Below are positions 37,864 to 48,601 of a stretch of 64,000 nucleotides of DNA, in pieces. Source of the stretch: a virus; IMG/VR virus record IMGVR_UViG_3300040856_003829, positions 1-64,000 of that record. The stretch is one strand, 5' to 3'. A model generated the notes under the pieces. That model saw only the letters and a list, made by a program, of their open reading frames with translations, was not told the origin of the DNA and made no database searches. The position numbers and the translations under genes were made by a program. Numbering within the stretch: the first letter of the stretch is position 1; each line of letters begins with the position of its first letter.

Positions 37864-38319
37864 ATGAATTTAAAAACCGAAATTTCCCGTATTAAGGGAT
37901 TAATGACTGAGGGTGAAAATCAACTTTATAAAGATAAGGAATCAAAGTCTAAAAACAAAATAAAAGAAGAAGAAACTGATGATATGGATGTATCAGATGT
38001 GGAATCTGGTTATAACTTCGATTCTGGTGGTCCAGAACAATTCGAAGAACCAGTAGATTTTAGTTTAGATTCACTATTGGGAATAAAACCAGCATATAAT
38101 TTCGATTCGGATGGTGGTGACGTTGATGTGTATGGTGAAGAAATGGCAGAACAAGAAGATGGTGGAGGAGATACAACAGGTGATTCAGATGCAACTAATG
38201 CTGGGATTTCAACTTGGGACAGTGGAGTTTCTAGAGGACCCGCAAATCCTATTGATCAAAATTCTAAATGGCAAGATTCTTATGGTATCACCAGGGGTAA
38301 AGGAAATCCTCTTTGGTAA
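37864..38319 (+). CDS. Acidic putative head protein
   Basis: Start moved to MNLKTEISRIKGLM after ATATTTAT (37852-59); internal repeats YNFDS.G and W.....RG..NP. Confidence 0.7.
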   Translation: MNLKTEISRIKGLMTEGENQLYKDKESKSKNKIKEEETDDMDVSDVESGYNFDSGGPEQFEEPVDFSLDSLLGIKPAYNFDSDGGDVDVYGEEMAEQEDGGGDTTGDSDATNAGISTWDSGVSRGPANPIDQNSKWQDSYGITRGKGNPLW

Positions 38320-38337
38320 GATATTTATATAAAATAT

Positions 38338-39684
38338 ATGACCTACGACCAAAAAATATCAACACAAGTCAGTGAGATGAATAGACTTATCAATTATGAT
38401 AGGTCTAAAACTCTATTAGAACAAAAACCTGACTCTGTTTCGGACAGAAACCTAGGGATATCAAGGAGAAATGCACGTGCACTTAATATGACTGATAAGG
38501 AATATGAAGATAAAATGTACGGTAAGGATTCCTTAGATAATATTAAATGGAATCATGATTTGGCAGGTTACTTAGAAATAGGACTTACAATTGGTGGTAT
38601 ATTAGCTGTTGCTACAGGTGTTGGAGCACCAATAGGGGCTGCTATGTTAGCTGCAGGTACTACTATTGGTGTTGCTGATGCCGCTGCGTATTTCGTTCAG
38701 GAAAAAGATCCTTATATGGGTAGTATGATGTTAGCACTCTCATTGATACCAGGTGGTGAGTTAGTGAGTGCACTTGGTAAGAAAGCCGGTAAAGAAATTA
38801 CTGAACAGGAATTAAAAAAGTTACCAGCGTTATTACAAAAAATTTCCAATAATAAAGTCTTAACTGATTTAGAAGGTGAATTATGGCAAAGATTTTCAAA
38901 ATCATTCGTAGAAAATGCACCTGAAATATTAAAGACTAGTGCTAGAAACTCATTGAAATTTCTAAATAAACATATGGTCAGTAAAGGATTATTGTGGACT
39001 CTAGGAACTTTAGCAAAAGTTAGTGGTAAGGGTCTTCAATTAGTTGTTAAAATAGGTCGTATAGCCGTCAGTGTAGATTTATTATGGACACTTTTAGCAG
39101 CTCCAGAAGGATACCGAAAAAGAATGAGAGATAAGTCAGAATTCTCGAAGATTATGGACATGTTATATGATGGTACTTTAGGACCAACTATAATCGATGG
39201 ACTTTATGATCTATGGTTAAGTTTGACTGATTCTGATGGTAATATAGATAAAAGTAAGGAACAAGAATTGATCATAGAAATTATCGAAAATAGTGACATA
39301 GATTTTACAGATAGTGATATCGCAGATCAAATTCAAGATAGTTTCAATGATACATACGATAACATTACGTTCGATTTGATTGACAATAGATGGTCTAACT
39401 TAGAACAAGGTACAAAACAACAGACAACCTTTAATGATTTATTATCGGGAGATAAAATAGCCAAATTAGGATCAAAGGGTAAATTTGTTAGAGACATTCA
39501 AATAATGTTAAATACACTAGGTTATGATCTAGGTGAATCAGGCATAGATAGTGATTTTGGAAAAGTTACACAAGACGCTGTAATTGATTTTCAAATTGAT
39601 TATGATTTAGATGGGTTAGATGGTATTGTTGGAAAAGAGACATCAACTAAATTAAAAAGTTTATATGATGAAAGAAAAGGATAA
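38338..39684 (+). CDS. TM-helix protein with C-terminal PG_binding_1 domain
   Basis: Gly/Ala-rich hydrophobic hairpin; GSKG..V..IQ..L...D.DFG..T..AV..FQ...DGIVGKET. Confidence 0.8.
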   Translation: MTYDQKISTQVSEMNRLINYDRSKTLLEQKPDSVSDRNLGISRRNARALNMTDKEYEDKMYGKDSLDNIKWNHDLAGYLEIGLTIGGILAVATGVGAPIGAAMLAAGTTIGVADAAAYFVQEKDPYMGSMMLALSLIPGGELVSALGKKAGKEITEQELKKLPALLQKISNNKVLTDLEGELWQRFSKSFVENAPEILKTSARNSLKFLNKHMVSKGLLWTLGTLAKVSGKGLQLVVKIGRIAVSVDLLWTLLAAPEGYRKRMRDKSEFSKIMDMLYDGTLGPTIIDGLYDLWLSLTDSDGNIDKSKEQELIIEIIENSDIDFTDSDIADQIQDSFNDTYDNITFDLIDNRWSNLEQGTKQQTTFNDLLSGDKIAKLGSKGKFVRDIQIMLNTLGYDLGESGIDSDFGKVTQDAVIDFQIDYDLDGLDGIVGKETSTKLKSLYDERKG

Positions 39685-42439
39685 TATAAAAAGAATACAT
39701 GAAATAATGGGTGTTAATAAAAAAGTCATCGTTGAACAAGCATATATTGATGACTTATTACAATTTCTTATTTCCAGAGGTGCTAGAAGTATTGATGAAC
39801 TTGCACCTTTAATTACAAAGTTAGAAAATCAAGTTGCCGATGCGTCAACTTCAACCGCAGCAAAAAGAAAAACTTTAAATGATATTGTCACAACAGCTAA
39901 AAAGTTAAATAATACAGAACTGGTTGATGTGATAACAGCGCAAATATTGAAAGATCCTGGATTTGTTTCGAAACTAGTCAACGATTTTTTCAGAAATGCA
40001 GAAGTGAAAAAATTCTTAGATGAAATGATAGGATCTGGATTTACTCCCGAAAGTGCTGCCGCTAGAATGGTAAATGAATTTGGAAATAAAGTATTAAGAA
40101 CCCAATCTAAAGGTGAGGTACTTGACAATCAGATCTTAAGGGAAGTCAATAAACAAACTAGAGAAAGATTTGAAAAAAGAACCTCCGAACTAGCTAAAGC
40201 AACTGACGATACAACAACTCCAAAAGCTGACGAACCTGAAACTCCTTCACCTGAACCAAATGTGTCTGAAAAAGATATCGCAGATATGGAGGATTTTACT
40301 GAAGAATCTTCGTGGGTTAATGTTCCATCTTATTCGGATGAAGAGATTGACCAATTATTAAAACAAGAGGGAGGTATCGGAGCAAGACTAAGGAACGTTT
40401 TTAAGGTACCATCAACTAAAGTTAAAGAAAGGGCGGAAAGATTATTACGTAATTCAAGAAAATTCGCTGAGACAAAAGATCCAACAATTAAAGCTAGACT
40501 CAGAAAAAAAATTAACGAGGATATTCTAAAATTAGCAGACGACCAGTCGTCTGCTTTGGATGGTGTTAGAGAACAACTAGAACTTGTTATTGATCAAGCT
40601 CCAAGAGGAAGAGGAGGAACTATAGAAGATCCGGGAATTAGGTCTTTGGAAAAGTTATATAACGACCTGAAAGGGGGTACAAACAATTTCAGAGATTTTT
40701 TAGGAATATCAAAATTACTTTATGGTGATAGATTTCCTACAACTTTAGTTTTGAAAGAAGCTTTCATGTCGAATACCTTTAGACCATTTCTCAAACAATT
40801 AAGATCTAGTTTAAAAGGCGTAAGTTTAGGTAGATCTAAAATTCTAGATACTACCATAACAGGTTTTAAAGAATCTTTCCCTAGTGAAGCATGGTGGAAA
40901 AGAGCGGTGTATGGAGATTATAGAGGTGTACCAACACAAGATAATCCCGCATATGCTGAACTTGTAAGGGCTGGTGGTAAAAAAGCTGCGAGAGCATCAT
41001 TTTTGATTGCACTTTTAGGTAGACTAATCAAAATTAGAATTTTATATGCCTTTGCTGAGACAATGAGAAATTCATTTGCTTTTTATGTTTCAGGTAAAGA
41101 AGGTAGGGACATTATAAATTCTTGTTTATCTTCCGGTAGAAATCCGGAAAATGAAGCTTGTAAAAAAATAGCAAATGATAAATCATTTTTACCTTGGTTA
41201 GCTTGGGCTATGGACATCATGGAAGAAGGTGAGTCTTCACCTTTTTTAAAAGAAATGTTAGAAGATTTTTTAGGGCAAAGTACTGATGATTTTAGTGGTG
41301 ATTTAACGAGAGAAGTTATGAAAGGATCACCGACATTAATTGACGATTTGATTTATTATCTAAATGAAGTTAGGAAAGGGTTTCTAAATCAAGAAACTGC
41401 GGACAATATGGAAGACCGTTGGAATCAAACGGAAGAAGAATTAGAAGACGATTTAAGACAGGCTGAAAGAGAAATAGATCAAGAGATAGATAATGACACT
41501 CCTAGATCTTCTTCAGGATCATTTAATACAATCAGAACAAGCCCTGAACTACGTGGAATAATTGGCGATATCGCGTCTGATCTAAGAATATCTGAAACTA
41601 GTAGTGAATTAAAAAATCTAGTGAATCAATATCTAAAAGTTGAAAACGGGAAAGTATACTTCAAATGTGGTGACTATAAAGGTGTATTGAGGCCTAGTGG
41701 TGGAAGATGGTATATGGACTTTGGAAGTGGAGGTAATTATAAATTTGGAGAAGGAGGAGAAAATAATTTAGCAACGGATTATTGTAGTCCTGTAAGTAGT
41801 TGGTCAGTAAATGAATCAAATGAAGGTTTAATTAATGTATTATTAGAACAAAGAACCGCACCAGTACCAGGTACAGATGATTCTGAAAGTGCAACTGGAG
41901 ATGGATCATCTGCAGAACCAACTCAACCTGATGATCCAACTCCACCAACACCAAGTAACCCAGATACTCCAGATACTGAAAGCAGTCGTTGTGTTGAAAC
42001 GTTATCAGAAAGTTTTTTCTGTAAAAGATGTGAAAATGGAAACTCGATAAGTGAATGTGATCAACTATGGGGTAATGATTTATATACTGGAAAATGTTTC
42101 GACTTTGATAAAAAGAAAATCTCAAATGAATTATCGAACAAAATGGCATGTAGGTTTGGTGATGACCCAAAATTCTCGGTAGGAAAATCACAACTACAAG
42201 AAGAAAATAATTTATTATACGTTTTAGGTGAGAAAAAAGACCAAGAAACAAAGGATGATTTACAACTTAAAAAAGTAGTAAATGGTGGAAATAGAGATTG
42301 GGTTTTTATGGAAAATGGACAGTGGTTAGATTTCTTCAACAAGTACCATGGTAATGTTTCTGAGTCTACCGATACTGTAAACAAAACTTTTTCAGGATTA
42401 GAAAATATTTTAGAAATTTACAGGAAAAACATAAACTAA
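39665..42439 (+). CDS. Large hypothetical, probably virion-associated protein
   Basis: 924 aa; NIKRIHEIMGV..IVEQ leader; Pro/Thr/Asp linkers. Confidence 0.75.
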   Translation: MMKEKDNIKRIHEIMGVNKKVIVEQAYIDDLLQFLISRGARSIDELAPLITKLENQVADASTSTAAKRKTLNDIVTTAKKLNNTELVDVITAQILKDPGFVSKLVNDFFRNAEVKKFLDEMIGSGFTPESAAARMVNEFGNKVLRTQSKGEVLDNQILREVNKQTRERFEKRTSELAKATDDTTTPKADEPETPSPEPNVSEKDIADMEDFTEESSWVNVPSYSDEEIDQLLKQEGGIGARLRNVFKVPSTKVKERAERLLRNSRKFAETKDPTIKARLRKKINEDILKLADDQSSALDGVREQLELVIDQAPRGRGGTIEDPGIRSLEKLYNDLKGGTNNFRDFLGISKLLYGDRFPTTLVLKEAFMSNTFRPFLKQLRSSLKGVSLGRSKILDTTITGFKESFPSEAWWKRAVYGDYRGVPTQDNPAYAELVRAGGKKAARASFLIALLGRLIKIRILYAFAETMRNSFAFYVSGKEGRDIINSCLSSGRNPENEACKKIANDKSFLPWLAWAMDIMEEGESSPFLKEMLEDFLGQSTDDFSGDLTREVMKGSPTLIDDLIYYLNEVRKGFLNQETADNMEDRWNQTEEELEDDLRQAEREIDQEIDNDTPRSSSGSFNTIRTSPELRGIIGDIASDLRISETSSELKNLVNQYLKVENGKVYFKCGDYKGVLRPSGGRWYMDFGSGGNYKFGEGGENNLATDYCSPVSSWSVNESNEGLINVLLEQRTAPVPGTDDSESATGDGSSAEPTQPDDPTPPTPSNPDTPDTESSRCVETLSESFFCKRCENGNSISECDQLWGNDLYTGKCFDFDKKKISNELSNKMACRFGDDPKFSVGKSQLQEENNLLYVLGEKKDQETKDDLQLKKVVNGGNRDWVFMENGQWLDFFNKYHGNVSESTDTVNKTFSGLENILEIYRKNIN

Positions 42440-42475
42440 TTGATATTTATCAATAGTAACAATCAAGTTATAGTT

Positions 42476-43102
42476 ATGGATTTAAAAAAGAAATTAAAGA
42501 AAAATCTATATCTTCTGAAGGAAGGAAAAGAGAGGTTCCTTATAGAAGAAAAAATTGTAAAATCACGATTAAACCTTTTACCTAAAAATGTCAACAAGAA
42601 TTCAAAAATTCAAGTGACAGATGCATTCAATAAATTATTTGAAGAAATAAAATTCTACAATTCAAATGATATAGGAATTCCATTTTTAAATGAAAATTTA
42701 GTTGATGTTTTAGGACAAATGTTCAATGAGGATAGTGATAAATTTTTGGATACAATAAAAGATAAACTTACCGACTTTTTAGTCTCGAAATTACAAGGGA
42801 CCGATTTTGATCGGGAAGCTATCGAAATGGCAATAGGTGATACTGAATTGGATGATATATCCAAGTTATTTACCGATACCAGATTCCTAGCCAAAAAATT
42901 AGCAGAAATCTACTCTACAAAATATAACGAAATGTCACTTGATCTTTCTAGTCTTTCAGGGCCGACAGTATCTAGTCAGATTTCAAGTGGGCAATCGGAA
43001 CTCGAAGATAAAATTGTAGATCAACTTCGTCCAATCATGGGTGATATAAATTCCAAAATGGAATTGAAACTGAGCGATATCAGAGATGGTATCATATCAT
43101 AA
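42476..43102 (+). CDS. Hypothetical protein
   Basis: Start moved to ATG 42476 after ATATTTAT (42443-50). Confidence 0.7.
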   Translation: MDLKKKLKKNLYLLKEGKERFLIEEKIVKSRLNLLPKNVNKNSKIQVTDAFNKLFEEIKFYNSNDIGIPFLNENLVDVLGQMFNEDSDKFLDTIKDKLTDFLVSKLQGTDFDREAIEMAIGDTELDDISKLFTDTRFLAKKLAEIYSTKYNEMSLDLSSLSGPTVSSQISSGQSELEDKIVDQLRPIMGDINSKMELKLSDIRDGIIS

Positions 43103-43136
43103 ACTTGAAAAATAAAAGGGGATAATCAAGTCTATT

Positions 43137-43166
43137 AAAGAAGGTGTCGAAAGACACCTTTTTTTT
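43137..43166. terminator. Intrinsic terminator with GAAA loop
   Basis: AAAGAAGGTGTC-GAAA-GACACCTTTTTTTT. Confidence 0.85.
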
Positions 43167-43668
43167 ATATACTATTGAAAGACTTTGTATAATTATTCCA
43201 AATAGACTCTACCTCATCATAAATTATATTCGAGAATATTGTGGGTTCTTTAGGTTTGTTAAGTAACTTCAAACCTGCTTCTTTGAGTGTCTTATTTCCT
43301 TTATATGTGTTACATCTGGAACAACACGTCACCATATTAACCCAGGTATTTTCACCCCCCTTAGATCTAGGAATTACATGGTCTATTGTTAGATTCTTCT
43401 TAGTTCCACAATATTGACATGTATTTTTATCTCTCTTGAATATTCTTCTACGATTCACCCTTAGACCTTCTCTTCTGAATCTTATATAGTTTAGTAACCT
43501 TATAATCACTGGTCTCACAAAATTACCCACTGATGTTACTATATCATTTTCCCCTTTTTTTACTACCTCAGCTTTACCTTTATCTACAAGTACAAAACCT
43601 CTGTGTAATGACGTAATGTTTAATGGTGAAAAATCTGCATTTAATACTAATACTAAATTATTTCTCAT
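43165..43668 (-). CDS. HNH endonuclease (McrA-like)
   Basis: RD..TCQYCG...TIDHVIPRSKGG..W.N.V.CC..CN..K. Confidence 0.92.
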   Translation of the reverse strand: MRNNLVLVLNADFSPLNITSLHRGFVLVDKGKAEVVKKGENDIVTSVGNFVRPVIIRLLNYIRFRREGLRVNRRRIFKRDKNTCQYCGTKKNLTIDHVIPRSKGGENTWVNMVTCCSRCNTYKGNKTLKEAGLKLLNKPKEPTIFSNIIYDEVESIWNNYTKSFNSI

Positions 43669-43705
43669 AATCCCCTTTTTTAAATAAATATTTTTTTAAA
43701 CTATA

Positions 43706-43739
43706 AAAAAAAAGATCGACTTTTTCAAGTCGATCTTTT
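43706..43739 (-). terminator. Terminator downstream of tmRNA
   Basis: AAAAGATCGACTT-GAAA-AAGTCGATCTTTTTTTT on the minus strand. Confidence 0.85.
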
Positions 43740-43740
43740 G

Positions 43741-44126
43741 TGGAGATGCTGGGCCTCGAACCCAGGTCCTGATTGTCCCAAACAGAAAGGACTACACGTT
43801 TAGGTCATTATTGATTCTCAACAATCCGAAATAGGTGATTGAATTTTTACATCCTCCGTCACCAATAGATGTATGACTCAATTTAGGGTTTAGTCATTTC
43901 TCCACCACAACAACGGACTTCTGTTCATAGGTACATGTCCTGACCGACCCGCTGGATACGTCGCCTTAGGCTGCGTATACCTCTTCAGTACGGATCAAAC
44001 CGAGAGTCTGAAGTTTTGCGAAAGTTTCGCCATTTGTGTTTTGAAACCGTGGATTAAAGTGATAGGTAACCTCTCACTACGTGCCCTTTGTGACTGATGA
44101 CACCAGTCAAATCCATAATCATCCCC
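43741..44126 (-). ncRNA. ssrA: tmRNA
   Basis: 5' GGGGATG..GGATTTGAC; 3' GGTTCGAGGCCCAG-CATCTCCA with G3-U pair; tag frame 44031-43966 encodes (A)GETFAKLQTLGLIRTEEVYAA*. Confidence 0.93.
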
Positions 44127-44158
44127 ATATGTAAAGAACTTATTGATAAGTATCTTTC

Positions 44159-45202
44159 TTATTCTTCATAATCAACAAACCGTTCCTCGATCAAATCCAA
44201 AAGTCGATCGATATCATTCGGTGACAGAGTTACTCCATCACCAGTAAGTTCATTTTCGATCACCAGATTGTTACCCATATAATACATGTCCACCTCATAT
44301 TCGTCAAGTTCATCATCAGAATTGTCTTCTTCATTGTTCTGGAACAAATCGAAGAAAGAGCTAGACATTGGGTTACGATACTCAAAATCATATTTCACAT
44401 ATCCCAATCGGTTAACAATCTCTTTTGCCATATAAAATGCATTCTCTACGTCTTCCAATACAACAAACTCTTGGACAGAATGCATATTATAGTAACCACA
44501 TGAGAGGTTGATGCAAGAAAAGTCTCCTTTTCTTTTGATTTGTGACACATCCGTGTAAGGATGGGACTGAAGCATGGGATCAGTTTTCATGTACTTTGTA
44601 AAAACTGGGATAATTTTATTAATAAATTCACCATCCCGATCAAACAATCTAACACCTGAACAAACTTCCGTAATAAGGTGATTTCCGGGAGCATCAAACT
44701 GAATCGCATATCCTACATCTTTGAGAAACTCTTCATCACATTGCTGAGAACCGTGACAACCAGTTTCCTCTGATACGAATAAACCGATCTTTACTTTCGG
44801 AAGTTCCATCAGGAGTTCGAGACACAAAAAGATCCCACACTTGTCATCTCCACCAATACCTGTTGGAAGTCCGCCCGTAGTGTATGCCTTATATGACGCA
44901 TACGTCTGATTACCAAATGACTTACCAAAGGTAGTTGGTTTCGAAAGAAATTCATCTTTGACAACGATTTCTTTCTGAATATCGTGAACTGTATCTGTAT
45001 GTGCGATGAACATTGGGTAGTATTCACCTTGATCCAGAACACCTTTCGTGACATAGATATTTCCCATATGATCAGTTTCAAAATTGACATTTGGGATCTT
45101 AGTCAAAAAGTTAACAACATAATCGATCATCATTTCCTCCCTATAAGTTTTGGTTGGGACACTCAAGAGGTTTTTAAAACGATTTGCCTTTTCGATATTC
45201 AT
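44159..45202 (-). CDS. M28/M20-clan zinc peptidase
   Basis: AHTDTVH, GGDDKCG, SEETG..GS, QFD and YYNMH metal-ligand motifs. Confidence 0.8.
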   Translation of the reverse strand: MNIEKANRFKNLLSVPTKTYREEMMIDYVVNFLTKIPNVNFETDHMGNIYVTKGVLDQGEYYPMFIAHTDTVHDIQKEIVVKDEFLSKPTTFGKSFGNQTYASYKAYTTGGLPTGIGGDDKCGIFLCLELLMELPKVKIGLFVSEETGCHGSQQCDEEFLKDVGYAIQFDAPGNHLITEVCSGVRLFDRDGEFINKIIPVFTKYMKTDPMLQSHPYTDVSQIKRKGDFSCINLSCGYYNMHSVQEFVVLEDVENAFYMAKEIVNRLGYVKYDFEYRNPMSSSFFDLFQNNEEDNSDDELDEYEVDMYYMGNNLVIENELTGDGVTLSPNDIDRLLDLIEERFVDYEE

Positions 45203-45217
45203 AGTTAATTATTTCTA

Positions 45218-45249
45218 CAAATATAGAACAAAAAGTCCAAGTAAACAAA
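45218..45249 (-). promoter_or_regulatory. Bacteroidota-type promoter
   Basis: TTTG (45246-49)-N20-TATATTTG (45218-25). Confidence 0.75.
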
Positions 45250-45250
45250 C

Positions 45251-47266
45251 TTACTTGGACTTTTTTATAAATAACTTTTCTTCTTTGTCTATATCAAGTA
45301 GATATTTTAAATTCTCTTTGATATTACCTCTAAGGACTTCTTCAGATATTAAATCTTCAATCTTTTCTTGAATTGCTCTTTTAATAGGTCTAGCCCCGAA
45401 CTTCTCATCAAAACCTATTTTTTGTATGTATGATTTAACTTCATCTGAGACCTCAACGTTGTAGTTCAAAGAATCCAATCTTTCATTCAACTTATATAAT
45501 TCAATAGATACAATCCTATTAACTTCATTTTCTTTCAGTTGGTTAAATATAATAATTTCATCTACCCTATTCAAAAACTCAGGTGTAAAGTAATTTTTAA
45601 GTTCTTTTCTTAACAAAGATTTCTTAATTTCTTCGTTATTACTCATTCTGTTTTTTGTATCAAAACCAACACCTACTCCAAAATCTTGTAATTTCTTCAC
45701 ACCTAAATTAGAAGTCATAATAATCAAACAATTCTTGAAATTAATCTTACGACCAAAACTATCAGTCAAATGACCATCATCAAGTAATTGTAATAGTAGT
45801 GAAAAGATGTCCTTATTTGCTTTTTCAATCTCGTCAAATAATACAACAGAATATGGTTTATTCTTTACCGCCTCAGTTAACTGACCTCCATCATTGTGAC
45901 CAACATATCCTGGAGGAGATCCGATCAATCTACTCATTGAGTGTTTTTCTTGATATTCAGACATATCAACTCTTATAAGACAATCTTCAGATCCAAAAAT
46001 CTCTTTAGCCAATTGTTTCGCCAAATAAGTTTTACCAATACCAGTAGAACCTAAGAATATAAATGAACCTATTGGTCTATTAGGGTCTTTGATACCAATT
46101 CTATTTCTCCTAATCGCCTTAGAAATCTTTTCAACAGCCTGTTCTTGACCAATAACCTTATTATTAAGATTTTCTTCCAAATTCAACAAACCTTTTTTGT
46201 CATCAGCGGTAAGTTTCGAAATTGGTATTTTAGTCATGTTAGATACAACATCATAAACCATCTCTTCAGTAATTGGTTTTCTAGTTGTATTTTTTTCCTC
46301 TTCGAATTCTTTCTTTTCTTGTTCGAGTTTACGTAATATTTTACGTTCTTTATCTCTTAATTCAGCAGCTTCTTCATACTTCTGACTTTTGACAACTTCA
46401 ATTTTTTGTTTTTTAATCTCTTTGGAATCGAGTTTAAGTTTCTCTATACTTTCAGGATATTTGACATTTATCTGTGCTCTTGCACCGACTTCATCTAATA
46501 TATCAATAGCCTTATCTGGAAATTCTCTATCAGTTATGTATCTGTCCGCCAAAGAAACACAAGCTTGAATAGACTCATCAGTATAAATAACTTTGTGGTG
46601 GTACTCATATTTGTCCTTCAAATTATTCAAAATCTCTAAAGTTTCTTCAGGAGTTGATCCATCAACCATAATCTTTTGAAATCTTCTTTCTAATGCACCA
46701 TCCTTTTCGATATTTTCACGATACTCATCCAAAGTTGTCGCACCGATACACTGCAATTCACCTCTAGCTAATGCAGGTTTGAATATATTTGATGCATCCA
46801 AAGAACCAGAAGTATTACCAGCACCTATGATGGTGTGAATCTCATCAATAAAAATTATAATATCATCAGCATTTTGTAATTCTTCTAAAATTACTTTTAA
46901 TCTTTCCTCAAATTGACCCCTGTATTTTGTACCAGCAACAATAGAAGTCATATCAAGAGATAATATTCTTTTTTCTGTTAGACTCTGAGGACACTCACCA
47001 TTAAGTATTTTCATCGCTAAACCTTCAACAATCGCAGTCTTACCGCATCCTGGTTCACCAATTATAATTGGATTATTCTTTTTACGTCTCGAGAGTACTT
47101 GAGCAATTCTTGTAATTTCTCTATCTCTACCAATTACGGGATCTAATTTTCCTTCTTCAGCTAACTTAATTAAGTCCCGTGAAAAGTTATCTAAAACTGG
47201 TGTATTCGAATTAGTATTACTACTTTCTTTTTCACTTTTTTCATTTGGGTCAATCGACTCTATCAT
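45251..47266 (-). CDS. clpC: ClpC-like AAA+ unfoldase lacking the N-terminal Clp domain
   Basis: [20 protein letters not shown]-type [34 protein letters not shown] and VGF loop; only about 25 aa before the first AAA domain. Confidence 0.9.
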   Translation of the reverse strand: MIESIDPNEKSEKESSNTNSNTPVLDNFSRDLIKLAEEGKLDPVIGRDREITRIAQVLSRRKKNNPIIIGEPGCGKTAIVEGLAMKILNGECPQSLTEKRILSLDMTSIVAGTKYRGQFEERLKVILEELQNADDIIIFIDEIHTIIGAGNTSGSLDASNIFKPALARGELQCIGATTLDEYRENIEKDGALERRFQKIMVDGSTPEETLEILNNLKDKYEYHHKVIYTDESIQACVSLADRYITDREFPDKAIDILDEVGARAQINVKYPESIEKLKLDSKEIKKQKIEVVKSQKYEEAAELRDKERKILRKLEQEKKEFEEEKNTTRKPITEEMVYDVVSNMTKIPISKLTADDKKGLLNLEENLNNKVIGQEQAVEKISKAIRRNRIGIKDPNRPIGSFIFLGSTGIGKTYLAKQLAKEIFGSEDCLIRVDMSEYQEKHSMSRLIGSPPGYVGHNDGGQLTEAVKNKPYSVVLFDEIEKANKDIFSLLLQLLDDGHLTDSFGRKINFKNCLIIMTSNLGVKKLQDFGVGVGFDTKNRMSNNEEIKKSLLRKELKNYFTPEFLNRVDEIIIFNQLKENEVNRIVSIELYKLNERLDSLNYNVEVSDEVKSYIQKIGFDEKFGARPIKRAIQEKIEDLISEEVLRGNIKENLKYLLDIDKEEKLFIKKSK

Positions 47267-47428
47267 ATCCTTGGTTTTTAGTTAAAGATAAATGAATTTG
47301 GTATATAATCAATTTAATTCTCAATTTGTCAGGGTATTTTATTTGCGCATGACAAAATGTCAGTAAATTATCAAAAGGTACAATTTTTACTATATCAGAG
47401 GTAAATAAAAAATAAATTTAATAAAATT

Positions 47429-47806
47429 ATGAAAAGTTTAATTTTAAATTCTAAAACTCTATTCGATTCGATCTTTGATGATCCTTACTTCTTTAATGAA
47501 GATAAACAAAATACCGATTATATTGTAAAAAATGAAGAGGGTTATTTTTTTGAGTCATTCCTTCCCGGGATGAATAAAAAAAATCTTACCATTGAAATTG
47601 ATGATGATATAGTGTCGATCATAGGTGATTATAATAGTAAAAATGAAATAACCTCAGATATGTCCTATTCATATACAAAAAAATATAAAGTTCCCATAGA
47701 TGTGGACCAATCACAAATAAGTGCTAACATAAAAGATGGAATACTTAGAATTAAGTTTCCGTATTCAGAAATAAAAAAGAAAAAGAAACGTGTGGTCACA
47801 CTCTAA
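47429..47806 (+). CDS. Small heat-shock protein (Hsp20/alpha-crystallin)
   Basis: LPGM.K..L.I and VD...ISA..KDGILRI..P motifs. Confidence 0.88.
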   Translation: MKSLILNSKTLFDSIFDDPYFFNEDKQNTDYIVKNEEGYFFESFLPGMNKKNLTIEIDDDIVSIIGDYNSKNEITSDMSYSYTKKYKVPIDVDQSQISANIKDGILRIKFPYSEIKKKKKRVVTL

Positions 47807-47809
47807 ATT

Positions 47810-47835
47810 AAACACCCTTCGGGGTGTTTTTTTTT
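47810..47835 (+). terminator. Intrinsic terminator with UUCG loop
   Basis: AAACACCC-TTCG-GGGTGTTTTTTTTT. Confidence 0.9.
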
Positions 47836-47867
47836 CTCATGATATTTATAACAAAACATCAGTAATT

Positions 47868-48350
47868 ATGTACAACAAAATTTTAAATGAAATCAAGGAA
47901 ATTAAGCATATGATGGGTCTGACAGAATCCGAAGTCGATGAACAAGTTTTTCAGACAGCAATGTCAGCAATAAAAAAAGGTTCAGATAAGGCTAAAGAAA
48001 CTTTAAAAAAAGGATCGAATAAAATCAAAGACTTGATCAATAAATCTGACGAAGATACTGGAGTAGATGATTTAGGTGACTACAATGGAAAACCTATATC
48101 AGAAATTTTGGAAGAGATAAAAGAAAAGATAAAAGAAGAGAATGAAGATTTCGGTACAATTGATGTAAATGGAGAAACACTTCAATTTGGTGTTGGTGAG
48201 AGTATGAGTCAAGCTACTTCATCAAAAATAGCTAATGATAATGCTGACAAATCATTTGGAAGAAAAGGGAATTACGCAACAGAAATTAAAAAAGTATTTT
48301 TAGTAGGAAACAACTATATAACATATATTTTAAAGAAAAAACTTTCATAA
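47868..48350 (+). CDS. Putative head protein
   Basis: Start moved to MYNKILNEIKEIKHMMGL after ATATTTAT (47842-49). Confidence 0.7.
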   Translation: MYNKILNEIKEIKHMMGLTESEVDEQVFQTAMSAIKKGSDKAKETLKKGSNKIKDLINKSDEDTGVDDLGDYNGKPISEILEEIKEKIKEENEDFGTIDVNGETLQFGVGESMSQATSSKIANDNADKSFGRKGNYATEIKKVFLVGNNYITYILKKKLS

Positions 48351-48601
48351 TGTCGATAAAATCAGAAAAAATTGAAGGAAAGAAAATTATATGTGAAATA
48401 GATTCATCCAACTTGATGAAAGCAATCTATGATACATTATCTAAAACACTCACCGTCACTTTCAAAAATGGAAATGAATATGAGTATTATAAAGTACCTC
48501 ACCAAGTATTTACTAAATTGAGAATGGCAGAATCACAGGGAAGATTCTTTAACTATGAAATATCGAAAGAATATAAATACAAAAAGATTTCTATGAATTG
48601 A
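48350..48601 (+). CDS. KTSC domain protein
   Basis: SSNL....YD....L.VTFKNG..YEY..VP......L..AES.GRFFN..I. Confidence 0.88.
   Translation: MSIKSEKIEGKKIICEIDSSNLMKAIYDTLSKTLTVTFKNGNEYEYYKVPHQVFTKLRMAESQGRFFNYEISKEYKYKKISMN

Noticed and set aside
43165-43668. HNH gene as an intron-encoded or mobile homing endonuclease
   Set aside because: Free-standing between two terminators, interrupts nothing, and resembles stand-alone McrA-like HNH proteins.
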